The translations under genes and the position numbers were made by a program. From Candidatus Bathyarchaeia archaeon (lineage in GTDB: Archaea > Thermoproteota > Bathyarchaeia > Bathyarchaeales > Bathycorpusculaceae): a stretch of 64,000 nucleotides of DNA. The notes under the pieces were generated by a model. The model was given only the letters and a program-made list of their open reading frames with translations. It was not told the origin of the DNA and did not search any database. Below, piece by piece: positions 28,568 to 37,772 of this stretch; position 1 is the first letter of the stretch; each line of letters starts with the position of its first letter. The DNA is taken from the NCBI GenBank assembly GCA_038882955.1, contig JAVZNC010000001.1, positions 32,001 to 96,000 of the forward strand. The letters are read 5' to 3'.

Positions 28568-28903
28568 ATGATTAAATTGGGAAACGAAGTGGCAAACTAC
28601 AGTGTCGGCGAGGCTTTCTCTGCTGGTTTAGGCTTAGCAATGGGCTTAATGATTTCGCAGTCCATGTTCCAAATTATGCAATCATCACAAAGAATCGCCA
28701 AACAAGTCATTATTTGCCTAAAATGCGGCGGAAAAAACCCAGTTGAAAACAAGTTTTGTGGACACTGTGGAAAAGCATTGTATCCGCCAGCGCCAATAAC
28801 TTGTCCATCATGTGGTGCGTTGATGCCGCCGCACATGAATTTTTGTGGAAAATGTGGTTCTCCATTAAAAGAAAAGGTCAAAACAAGAAAAAGGAGAAGC
28901 TAA
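28568..28903 (+). CDS. Double zinc-ribbon protein resembling the C-terminal tail of the neighbouring SPFH protein
   Basis: AGLGLAMGL helix plus C..CG.KNP...KFCG.CG repeats. Confidence 0.8.
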   Translation: MIKLGNEVANYSVGEAFSAGLGLAMGLMISQSMFQIMQSSQRIAKQVIICLKCGGKNPVENKFCGHCGKALYPPAPITCPSCGALMPPHMNFCGKCGSPLKEKVKTRKRRS

Positions 28904-28910
28904 AAGGGTT

Positions 28911-29981
28911 TTAGGCTAGTTTTTCGCCGCAGTTTCCGCAGAACTTCGTTCCAGCAGGATTCTTCGTGCCACACTTCGGACACGTAACTTCACCAGCTGG
29001 CTGAGTCAGCGGCGAACCGCAGTTCCCACAGAACTTCATTCCAGCTGGATTTTCAGCCTTGCATTTTGGACAAATAACCTTTGCTTGTGGAGCCAAGCTT
29101 GCGCCGCAGTTTCCACAGAACTTCGTTCCAACAGGGTTTTTCGCACCGCAGCTTGGGCATATAACCAACTGTTGCGCTTGAGTTTGCTGCATCTGCTGCG
29201 CCATAATGTATGGCATTGTTAAGCCCATTCCCGCGCCTAATCCCGCTGCGGCTGCGCCTCCGCCTTCGCTTCCCTTGAGTTCCGTGGCTGTTTCTTTCAT
29301 GTACTGCATCACCATAGCTTGGGCGCCCAATCCAGACGCGAAGCGCCTGGCTTCTTCTGGAATCTTTACGCCTTCGAAGACGCAGTCTATCACTTTCAAG
29401 CCTACTCTTGCTGCTTCGTCGCTTATTTTCAGCGTAACCTTATCGGTGGTTGCGTCAACGTTTCGCACAAGGGTGAATATGTCGTAGTTTGCGAACTCGT
29501 TTATTATACGCTCGTTTATGAAGCCCCTAATGTAGTTTTCAACATCCCTAGATGTACTTGCATTTCGGTTTCCAAAGAACTCCATCACGAAAAGCTTCGG
29601 GTCTTCAACCTTGTAGAGCATGTAACCGTAAAATCCAAGCTCCGCTTGATATTTTATGTCTCCGCTTGGAGCGGAATAGGCTGTTCCGCCGAAGTTTGCC
29701 CTAAACTGGCTGTTACTTACAAAAACAACTTCACAATCGAATATGTCGCCTATAATACGAAGCGCCTTCAAGGCGCCAGTCAAAAGCGGAATATTATTAC
29801 TCGTTATTGTGTGTCTTCCAGGACCAAAAACATCATAGGCTTTTCCGTCACGGAAGAAAACTGCCCACTGATTTTCTTTAACTATGACTTGGCTTCCATA
29901 CTTTAAAGTGAGTTTTGGAAACCTGTAGGCTATGTCTTCTGGTCCAGCATAATCCCATGAAACCCTTTCAATAACTGGCAT
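28911..29981 (-). CDS. SPFH/Band-7 (YdjI-like) protein with three C-terminal double zinc ribbons
   Basis: GSQVIVKENQWAVFFRDGK.YDVFGPGRHT...NIP; AGLGAGMG; three CPxC...FCGNCG repeats. Confidence 0.9.
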   Translation of the reverse strand: MPVIERVSWDYAGPEDIAYRFPKLTLKYGSQVIVKENQWAVFFRDGKAYDVFGPGRHTITSNNIPLLTGALKALRIIGDIFDCEVVFVSNSQFRANFGGTAYSAPSGDIKYQAELGFYGYMLYKVEDPKLFVMEFFGNRNASTSRDVENYIRGFINERIINEFANYDIFTLVRNVDATTDKVTLKISDEAARVGLKVIDCVFEGVKIPEEARRFASGLGAQAMVMQYMKETATELKGSEGGGAAAAGLGAGMGLTMPYIMAQQMQQTQAQQLVICPSCGAKNPVGTKFCGNCGASLAPQAKVICPKCKAENPAGMKFCGNCGSPLTQPAGEVTCPKCGTKNPAGTKFCGNCGEKLA

Positions 29982-29986
29982 CTAAC

Positions 29987-30514
29987 TTACACCTCCATTG
30001 GTCTAAACTGTTTTTCTCTTTCATCCCATTTAGACTCAAAACCGAGTATTAAGGATTTAATGTTCCTCGCTTTAGATGCGGCTTCAGACCAGTTTTCCGC
30101 TTGGCTATCCTTGTACAGGTCGTTTACAGCGTCAATTATTTTCTGAATTTCGTCGCTTAACGCCTTATCATAATTGAAGACGCGGGCTAGCTCTGTTTCT
30201 CTTATGTGCCCCTTGCGGTCCATAAGCCCAGCATAACCATAGTCAGCGCGGTTGACTTTCTCTGCAACACGATCCATTATCTGTATAACCTTCTTGAAGT
30301 CGTCTGTGGCTTTCCCAGCGTTCAAAGCTGCTAAGTAGATTTCTTCCCATCTGTGGCGCAAACTCCTAAAGTCAGCATAGTAGAAGTCCCGCAGTTTCTT
30401 GTCCAACTCCCTTACGTCTTCTTTAGTCGCGTAGCCCAATCCAAAAATGTTTTGGATTTTCGCGAGCAGCCCCTGCCTATCCTTTACTTTTTCTATGGTT
30501 TCTTTTTCCGACAT
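29987..30514 (-). CDS. Conserved helical protein of SPFH operons
   Basis: GY..KE..RE.DK.LR and A.YGYAG..D...I.E.EL.R...YD pattern; co-oriented with the SPFH gene. Confidence 0.7.
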   Translation of the reverse strand: MSEKETIEKVKDRQGLLAKIQNIFGLGYATKEDVRELDKKLRDFYYADFRSLRHRWEEIYLAALNAGKATDDFKKVIQIMDRVAEKVNRADYGYAGLMDRKGHIRETELARVFNYDKALSDEIQKIIDAVNDLYKDSQAENWSEAASKARNIKSLILGFESKWDEREKQFRPMEV

Positions 30515-30531
30515 TTTCTAACTTCCTTATC

Positions 30532-31887
30532 CTATTTGATTTTAAATAGCGGTCTTCCCCCACCTAAAACTTTCCCTTCGCAACCGTCGATGGCAACTAC
30601 GTAGTTTTCGCCGCCCAAAGTGTAATGCACAAACCAGACTGGGGCGTGAACAAGCTCCATTTCGCCCATAACAACATTTGTGTTGCACGCCTCAAGCGTG
30701 TCCACTTTCCCAGAAGCGATCAGCCGCTCTTTTGCTTCGACTTCCGCTTTAATCTTCATTTTGGCTTCCTCCTCATTCAACTCTATGTTTAGGAATTCCG
30801 CATCTGACGGTATCTTTCCAACGTCAAAGGGAATCTTTCGTGCAGCTGGCACATCATAATAGTTTATTTCGCTTATCATTGTCCGCCTAGCCAAAGTCGG
30901 CCAAATATAAGTGTTGGAGAAGGAATACGCCACTGTTTGTGGTCGCCTATCCTTCTGCTGGGTTTCAGCATAGGCTTTTGCTCCAGCAAGAACGAGTTTT
31001 CCAAATTTTGCCAGTCCACTTGAACGTTTATCTGTGACTGCCTCTTGCGCTTGATGAATCTCGCCCATAATTCCAGTTCCAGTAACGCCCCTAAAATAGG
31101 TGTTTGTGGTCGCTTGGCAAACCCAGAATGGCACATAACGCAGCTTCACATCTGTTATGACGGCTTCCTTTGAAACGCCAACCCTGAAAATGCCCTTATC
31201 CATGTACTTCCGCGCTGCTTCAACGGCTTGTTGAGCGAATAGACGGTTCTCCAGCATGCTGTGCCGTTTTATTTCTTCCCTAGTCGCCACAGTCATGGTA
31301 AAGCCACAGTATCTACAAGTCACGACCAAATCCTCATGCGACACACTTAACGGGGCGCCACATCTGCCGCAGTTTGTTGGCAATGGCAGACTTGGCTTGG
31401 GCATTGGTGGCGGTGGCGGCTGAATTTGCTGCGGCTCAGCTACCTCGATTTCTAGGGTTTTGCTTGTTGCGTCCGGTCTACCTTTGACCTCTATAACGCC
31501 TTTAATACTCCATGTAAGTTTGCGGTCAGCCCCCTTATAGGTTAGCCACGCACTTGTTGGAAGCTTAATGCTAATAGGGAAAGCTTGTGTCGATCCCTTT
31601 GCAATGTGGATAGGGCCGCAAACGGTTGGCTTTTCTGCGAAGTGCGTGGTTCTATTCACAACGTCCCTTGTGACCATGCGTTTGCTTGATGAATCGTATT
31701 CGCTTACTCTGGTTCTAATTTCTTCGACGCATTCTATTTCGCATCGTATTCCATCAGCGTCAAAATCTTCTTCCGAATTGACTATGACTTTGCCTTCGAG
31801 GGGTTCGCCTGGGCTGAAACGCCATTTTGCGAGTTCCAGAGAAATTGAGGCTTTTGGCGGGGTTAACTTTTTCTTTAAAAAGGACAA
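30532..31887 (-). CDS. Arrestin/SpoOM-like N-domain, Pro-rich linker, Zn finger and YdjG-like C-domain
   Basis: FSPGEPLEGKV, AFPISIKLP...TY.G....LTWSIKG.I...GRPD; QPPPPPMP; CGRCGAP...CRYCG; YVPFW. Confidence 0.7.
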   Translation of the reverse strand: MSFLKKKLTPPKASISLELAKWRFSPGEPLEGKVIVNSEEDFDADGIRCEIECVEEIRTRVSEYDSSSKRMVTRDVVNRTTHFAEKPTVCGPIHIAKGSTQAFPISIKLPTSAWLTYKGADRKLTWSIKGVIEVKGRPDATSKTLEIEVAEPQQIQPPPPPMPKPSLPLPTNCGRCGAPLSVSHEDLVVTCRYCGFTMTVATREEIKRHSMLENRLFAQQAVEAARKYMDKGIFRVGVSKEAVITDVKLRYVPFWVCQATTNTYFRGVTGTGIMGEIHQAQEAVTDKRSSGLAKFGKLVLAGAKAYAETQQKDRRPQTVAYSFSNTYIWPTLARRTMISEINYYDVPAARKIPFDVGKIPSDAEFLNIELNEEEAKMKIKAEVEAKERLIASGKVDTLEACNTNVVMGEMELVHAPVWFVHYTLGGENYVVAIDGCEGKVLGGGRPLFKIK

Positions 31888-31944
31888 CAGTGGTCCTCCA
31901 TTCTGTTTATGAAACGTTAATCTAGCGTAAAAGTTTTCCCTTTC

Positions 31945-32631
31945 CTATTTAGTTATTAGCGGGTAAACTTCCTTCTGCACATACTTCAAATAGCGTTCCT
32001 TGTCTGTTAGGTTGAATATTGTGACTGACGCGTCACGGGTTATGCCAACCACATAGCCGTATTCTCTAGCCCTTGCAACAACGTACCAAAGGTCGCCGTG
32101 TTTGCAGTAATCTTCGAAAAGCGAAGTGTTGATAAGGTCTGGTCCATAAAGCGAAAGCTTGTTCACGTTTGGAATGTCAACGTTATCGAAAAACGTTATT
32201 TTCGTATCTTCAGGATTCTTCAAGTGGAAATCTCTTAAGGTTTCGGGTGGAATCCGCGCCTCAACTATCCCGCCAACCTTTTCGAATAGGATTTCACTGA
32301 GCTTGTTGGCTATGAAGTTGGCTAGACGCTTCTTCTCTACAACGGTCAAAAATGTGGCTTCGCCATGTTCTGCAAAACTGAACAGCGCTTCAACAGTGCG
32401 CGGCAAAGGCGCCATCTTGCCTCTATGGAAAACATGAATGACGTAATCATGCGAGTAAATGCCTCGAAGACCACCTTCTTTTGAGAGAAGGTCAACAACC
32501 TCGCTAACGAGCGTAAATTTGTAATCGCCCTCCTCGTATGGTTCCTCAACATGGTATCCCTCCAGTCTAGAAGCAATTTCAGCCAACGGAAGCGGCTCCG
32601 AAAGCTTGAACACTTTGCCAGCAACAACCAT
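31945..32631 (-). CDS. Conserved archaeal hypothetical protein
   Basis: 228-aa ORF with host-like composition; no function recognised. Confidence 0.75.
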   Translation of the reverse strand: MVVAGKVFKLSEPLPLAEIASRLEGYHVEEPYEEGDYKFTLVSEVVDLLSKEGGLRGIYSHDYVIHVFHRGKMAPLPRTVEALFSFAEHGEATFLTVVEKKRLANFIANKLSEILFEKVGGIVEARIPPETLRDFHLKNPEDTKITFFDNVDIPNVNKLSLYGPDLINTSLFEDYCKHGDLWYVVARAREYGYVVGITRDASVTIFNLTDKERYLKYVQKEVYPLITK

Positions 32632-32732
32632 CAAACATCGCCAACGAGTAAATTGTGAAAATGAACAATAAAGTTTTGTGTTTCTCATCTTGCCTTAGCG
32701 GGTTAAGTTTGCATCACCGCTTAACACATGAG

Positions 32733-33011
32733 TTAATTTTTATTGGGAAAGTTTGCTTGCTTAGACAACGAGACATTTTCTTCTATTTTCAACTCGTTAG
32801 TGTATTGGATATCACCGCTTATTTGGCAATCAGATTCGATTATTACGTTTTCTCCATAAATGTTGTCCGCGTGCGCGCCGCTTTTTAGAATTATTTTTAT
32901 AATGTCAGCGTAGATATCGTATTTTGTTCTTCTTCGTTCGGGCAATTGGCTCTCCACTGATAGGTGGTATAAATTTAACAAAAGCTTTCCTAGCATTTCC
33001 AATTTACTCAC
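32733..33011 (-). pseudogene. Probable deletion chimera: archaeal wHTH start plus bactofilin-like beta-helix end
   Basis: RRRTKYDIYADII joined abruptly to AHADNIYGENVIIESDCQISGDIQYT. Confidence 0.4.
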
Positions 33012-33140
33012 AATTGAATAGCCTATCCCACGCGTTGAGTCGTCATCGTTAATTTAAAACATTAGTCCGCAACTCACGTTGAAAGCAATTTCAGAACTTA
33101 ACTTAATATTTTGGCAGCAGCTATTGGGAAAGCAGGTAAA

Positions 33141-33533
33141 CTATGCAATGTAGGCTGTTTGTGTTGCTTCTGGATACTCTTTCGGTTTGCCAAAAACTAT
33201 CATCCAATTGTTAGTTGCGGGTTCTCTGAACACTATGATGCTTGAACAGCCCGCTTCCTTTGCGATTATAGAGCTTTCGATGAGGTTCTGTAGAAGCTCT
33301 GGGCTCCAGTTGCAGATTATGGAAGTTTCTTCTTGTCCATTTTTGTCCACAGCAACCATGTGGAGGAAGTAGTCGCCGACGGGTATTTCTTTCACAATGC
33401 AGGTTTCGTCTATTTTTTGCATGATTTCTATCGTGTGTATGAGGTAACTGTTGTCTTGTTCTTTTATTATTAGGTGGATGCCGTTTCCCACAAATGAGCG
33501 CATGAATTGTTCCATGATTTCAAGTTTGTTCAT
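33141..33533 (-). CDS. Hypothetical protein
   Basis: 130-aa ORF divergent from ftsZ. Confidence 0.7.
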   Translation of the reverse strand: MNKLEIMEQFMRSFVGNGIHLIIKEQDNSYLIHTIEIMQKIDETCIVKEIPVGDYFLHMVAVDKNGQEETSIICNWSPELLQNLIESSIIAKEAGCSSIIVFREPATNNWMIVFGKPKEYPEATQTAYIA

Positions 33534-33669
33534 GTTTTTCCCAGAAGTTGAGTGGGAGGTTGATTGTTATAAGAGGTGTTCTGAAAAAAAGAATATATCA
33601 TGATTCGTAAGACGTAATATTTATTAGTTTGTGCGTCGCACTCATATACAGACAGAGGTGAAAAAAGAA

Positions 33670-34737
33670 ATGGCGGTTACTCCACAAATAGAACCCCCAA
33701 CCCCCGCTTACGCAAAAGAAGAAGACATTGAACAATTCGCAAAGCTGGCTCAACCCACCATCATGGCAATAGGCCTCGGTGGAGCAGGCTCCAACATAAT
33801 ATCGTGGATCAAAGAAAAGGGCATCGTCGGAGCCAAACTCGTAGCAGTAAACACGGACGCAAACCACTTGAGAATAACCAAAGCCGACAGAAGAATCCTA
33901 ATAGGCGCAAACCTCACGAAGGGACTGGGCTGCGGCGGATACCCCGAAGTAGGAGCCAAAGCCCTACTGGAGAGTACAGACAAAGTCATTCAAGAAGTTG
34001 CAGACGCCAACATCATATTTCTAGTTGCAGGATTAGGCGGAGGCACAGGAACAGGCGGAATAGTCGCATTATCAGAAGAGCTACGCAAAAGATTTGCAGA
34101 TTCGCCAATCCCACGCTTAATCATAGGAGTAGTCACGCTTCCTTTCGAAGTTAAAACTGCCAGAATGGAATTTGCCAAGAAAGAACTGGACAACCTTAAA
34201 AGAACATGCGACACTGTCGTAGTGATCGACAACAACAGGCTTGTCAAGATTGCTGGAAACTTGCCATTCAAAGAAGCCTTAGGCGTTGCAAACACCACCA
34301 TTGGAAAATTCATTAAGGGCATAACCGAGACAATAACAACAGCCAGCCTAATCAACCTAGACTACGCAGACCTAAGAGCTATAATGCAAGGAGCAGGACT
34401 CGCCTCCATAGGCGTAGGCGAAGGCACAGGAGAAGGAAGAGTAGAAGAAGCCGTCGAAAAAGCGATAAACGGACGCCTCCTAGACATAGAAGACGTAACA
34501 AGAGCACGCGGCTTGCTTATACACGTTTCAGGCGGCGAAGATCTAACTCTCTTTGAAGTCAGCCACGCAGCCGAAATAGTGAAGCGTTCTCTGCCGCCTA
34601 AGGCAAAAGTGATCTGGGGCGCAAGAGTTGATGAAGAAAATCGCGGAAGAGTTGCTGTCATGGCCGTCGTAACCGGCGTGGAGAGCGCGTTCTTGAAACG
34701 AAGCGAAAAACGCTTAGGACCAATTAAACTACATTAA
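33670..34737 (+). CDS. ftsZ: Cell division protein FtsZ
   Basis: GLGGAGSN, NTDA, GLGGGTGTG signature, NLDYADL T7 loop and WGA. Confidence 0.95.
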   Translation: MAVTPQIEPPTPAYAKEEDIEQFAKLAQPTIMAIGLGGAGSNIISWIKEKGIVGAKLVAVNTDANHLRITKADRRILIGANLTKGLGCGGYPEVGAKALLESTDKVIQEVADANIIFLVAGLGGGTGTGGIVALSEELRKRFADSPIPRLIIGVVTLPFEVKTARMEFAKKELDNLKRTCDTVVVIDNNRLVKIAGNLPFKEALGVANTTIGKFIKGITETITTASLINLDYADLRAIMQGAGLASIGVGEGTGEGRVEEAVEKAINGRLLDIEDVTRARGLLIHVSGGEDLTLFEVSHAAEIVKRSLPPKAKVIWGARVDEENRGRVAVMAVVTGVESAFLKRSEKRLGPIKLH

Positions 34738-35001
34738 TTCGACGATTCCACTTCTCTTTTCTCTATAATCTCATATCCCATATCGTAGTAATGATACCCT
34801 TCAACTTTAATCTCTGCACTCTCTTATTGTCACGTTCCGGTTTCGTTTATTCACTTTCGAGGGATGATGCTCTCATCTTATCTGTAACCTGTAAAATATA
34901 GGTTAGCCTTTCACCGTTGTTTGCCTAATTGTTTTAATAAGAGTTTTTATCCTCTATTTTATACTGCATAAAGGCAAAGCGCTAGAGGAAAAGAAGGGCA
35001 A

Positions 35002-36945
35002 ATGCTCATCAGCGAGGTAATCCTTGAGAACTTCATGAGCTACGAGTACGCTAGGGTACCCCTTAAACCAGGCGTGAACGTCATTTGCGGTCCGAACGGT
35101 TCTGGAAAATCCTCGCTTTTGTTGGCAATTTCTGTAGCCCTTGGGCAGTCTTATACTGAACGTTCAAGGAAATTGAGCGACTTGATTCGTTGGGGTGGAA
35201 ACCAAGCCCGCGTCACGTTAATTTTGGACAACTCCAAGAAAGGCGGAAGGCGCCCAGTTCCAAAGTTTAATAAGGACCAGCTTTTTCTTACGCGTGTTTT
35301 GCGTAGTGATGGGCAGTACTGGTTTGAGTTGGAGAATCGGGCTGTTACAAAGGCTGAGGTTGACAGATTCCTCTCAAAACTTGGTGTTGACCCAAACAAC
35401 ATGCTCATAATCATGCATCAAAACATGGTTGAACAGTTCACCGTGCTTTCACAACAACAAAAGCTACGCATGGTAGAAGCAGCCGTCGGTCTTGAGCCTT
35501 TCCGCGCCAACGTTTTGGAAGCCCAGAAAAAGTTAACGCGAATCTTAAGCCAAGAAGAATCCATAAGTAAGCTTTTGGAATCCGCCGAACAGACGCTTAA
35601 TTATTGGCGGGAACAGTATGAGCGGTACCAAGAGAAGAAGCAGTTAATTACGAAGAGGCGGTTTTTGGAGAGGGAACTGGCGTGGGCAGAGGTTGCCAGA
35701 AGAGAAGAAGCGATGAGCGAGTTGGAAGCTGAAAAGAGAAGGCGGCTAGACACTTTAAGCCAAATCGAAAAAGAAACAGGCGAAGTGGAAGAACGCCTAA
35801 AAGCGCATCAAAATGAACTGGAAAAGCTTAGAAGCGAATGGAAAGCGTTGTTTGAGGAGCGCTTAAGCCTTGAACGTGAAAAGGCTGGAAATGAAGCCAC
35901 CGTTGCCATTTACGAGCAGCTTCTAAAGGAAACTTCAACGTTTGAAAGATTTTCAAAAGGAAGCCTAAACCCATCCGCACAAGAAAATCCGCAGTTTAAA
36001 CTCTTAAGAACTGAAAACCTTAAGGAGCTTATACAAAGCTCTAGCCAAAACCTTTCAAAGTTGAAGGGCAAGATAGATGAAAACCAGTTGAAAACTAAAA
36101 GCCTAGACGAAAATATTGAAAAAGTTGGAAACCATGTTTTAGAAAATCACGTTAAGCTGGCTTTGCTTCAGTTCCGTCGCGAAAATGTCAAGGCTGATTT
36201 GGAAGAAATTGAGCAGCAACTAAAAAGCGCAAGCGCGCAGTTAAACGAAGCCGTAAGCCGCGCGGAGCAAACTGGACCAAGAATCGCGGTTGTTAAAAGT
36301 TTAGGCGAAATTTTGGATGAATTAAGGGTTACGGATGGACATTTGGCGGCGCTTTCAAATGTTTCCGAGGACATAGAGCGCATGTACGAGTCCTACTCGA
36401 AATTGTATTTGGAGCTTAAGGAAAAGGCTAGGCTTGTTGCGGAAAACAGGGAAAAAGCATTAGAAGAGGTTAAGACGAGGATGCAAGCTTGGCGAACAGT
36501 TATTCAAAGTCTCCTTGACCGTGTAAGCTTGGAATATCAGAAAATCCTAAGCCAGTCTCAAGCTGTTGGCGAGGTTAGGCTTGTTAATGGGCATGATATA
36601 GAGGCTGCGGGGTTGGAGATTCTGGTGGGCTTTAAGGGTGGAAAACCAGTTCCATTAGACGCTTACACGCAAAGCGGCGGCGAAAGAACAACAGCCACTA
36701 TGAGCTTTCTTTTAGCCTTGCAACAGCATGTCCGCTCGCCGTTTAGAGCGGTTGACGAGTACGACATTCACATGGACCCGAAGAACCGCGAGTTAATCGC
36801 TAAAATGTTGATATCGATGGTTAAGGATGCAAACGCTCAATACATTATAATCACGCCAAGCCAGGTGACGTTTGCAGAAGAGGACGTGAACATAATCACT
36901 GTGCAAAATGTTGAGGGTAAATCGATAATACGCGAGGTTGTCTAA
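35002..36945 (+). CDS. Short hinge-less SMC-family ATPase with SMC5/6-like head
   Basis: GPNGSGKS, MHQN Q-loop, QSGGER, SPFRAVDEYDIHMD and ITP; coiled coils; only 647 aa. Confidence 0.9.
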   Translation: MLISEVILENFMSYEYARVPLKPGVNVICGPNGSGKSSLLLAISVALGQSYTERSRKLSDLIRWGGNQARVTLILDNSKKGGRRPVPKFNKDQLFLTRVLRSDGQYWFELENRAVTKAEVDRFLSKLGVDPNNMLIIMHQNMVEQFTVLSQQQKLRMVEAAVGLEPFRANVLEAQKKLTRILSQEESISKLLESAEQTLNYWREQYERYQEKKQLITKRRFLERELAWAEVARREEAMSELEAEKRRRLDTLSQIEKETGEVEERLKAHQNELEKLRSEWKALFEERLSLEREKAGNEATVAIYEQLLKETSTFERFSKGSLNPSAQENPQFKLLRTENLKELIQSSSQNLSKLKGKIDENQLKTKSLDENIEKVGNHVLENHVKLALLQFRRENVKADLEEIEQQLKSASAQLNEAVSRAEQTGPRIAVVKSLGEILDELRVTDGHLAALSNVSEDIERMYESYSKLYLELKEKARLVAENREKALEEVKTRMQAWRTVIQSLLDRVSLEYQKILSQSQAVGEVRLVNGHDIEAAGLEILVGFKGGKPVPLDAYTQSGGERTTATMSFLLALQQHVRSPFRAVDEYDIHMDPKNRELIAKMLISMVKDANAQYIIITPSQVTFAEEDVNIITVQNVEGKSIIREVV

Positions 36946-37772
36946 TGCAGTCAAAGAGGGAGCGGATGAAGGCTGGTAGGGAAAGGCTCCAGCGAATAAT
37001 TGAAATGTGCAAGTCCGTGGAGGAGCGCTCCCTAGACCCGTTCCTGATAGATGTTGACGATGTCATAGCGACTGTTAAGGAGTATTTTCCAGAATGGGAA
37101 ATTCCAGAAGACTTATGTCTAGATGCTGAAACCATACATCACATAGCCTCGGTCATAAAATTACAGAGCGAATGGCTTAAACACCGCTCAACATCGCTTT
37201 ACACAGATCCATTCTTGCTAGAGGAGAAGATAAGGCGTATTGAAAAAGAGGAAATTGTGGAAAGTTTCCTTCAAGCTTGGCACCCAACAGTTGAATTGGA
37301 GCAAATTTCGCTCCACAGCCTAGCAGAAGCAATGCGATACTGGGAAAGCCTACTGCCACTAAAAGAAAGGTGGAAGGAACTTCTACCCCTAGAAGTCGAA
37401 GCAGGCAAGACAACGCGCAAAGAGCTTGTAGAAGAGCAAATCTTGCTGGACAAAGCCTTCTCCGAAGAACTGGAAAACTTTTGGCGAGAACTCAGAAACA
37501 AAACAGCCGAAAAGGGCGAAGATGGAAAGATACGCTATTGGGATTTCATAATGGCTGAAACATATGAGAAAACAGTTCACAGAGCTTTCATGACAAGTTT
37601 CCTAATCACATATGGCTACGCAACACTAGAAATCCGCCCGCTAGAAGAGGAAATATTCATAAAACCCTACGAGAAGCCTCCAGCAAAACTCGGCAAGAAA
37701 CAACTCGTTTCCGTGCCCATAGCAATCTCGCCAGAAGAATGGCTTAAACGCAAGGGAGAACGCCAAGAATGA
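36945..37772 (+). CDS. Putative kleisin (ScpA-like)
   Basis: LDPFLIDV N-terminal motif resembles ScpA DPW.ID+; C-terminal wHTH-like region; TAATG coupling to the SMC gene. Confidence 0.65.
   Translation: MQSKRERMKAGRERLQRIIEMCKSVEERSLDPFLIDVDDVIATVKEYFPEWEIPEDLCLDAETIHHIASVIKLQSEWLKHRSTSLYTDPFLLEEKIRRIEKEEIVESFLQAWHPTVELEQISLHSLAEAMRYWESLLPLKERWKELLPLEVEAGKTTRKELVEEQILLDKAFSEELENFWRELRNKTAEKGEDGKIRYWDFIMAETYEKTVHRAFMTSFLITYGYATLEIRPLEEEIFIKPYEKPPAKLGKKQLVSVPIAISPEEWLKRKGERQE

Noticed and set aside
34733-34830. Minus-strand peptide ESAEIKVEGYHYYDMGYEIIEKREVESSN
   Set aside because: No in-frame start with useful length; at best an unidentifiable gene remnant.
34861-34900. Second C/D sRNA starting at GGATGATG
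   Set aside because: No properly spaced CTGA D/D' boxes and no terminal stem.
35002-36945. Rad50/SbcC or Wadjet JetC identity
   Set aside because: No CxxC zinc hook, no adjacent Mre11/SbcD or JetD-like nuclease, and the head motifs are SMC5/6-like.
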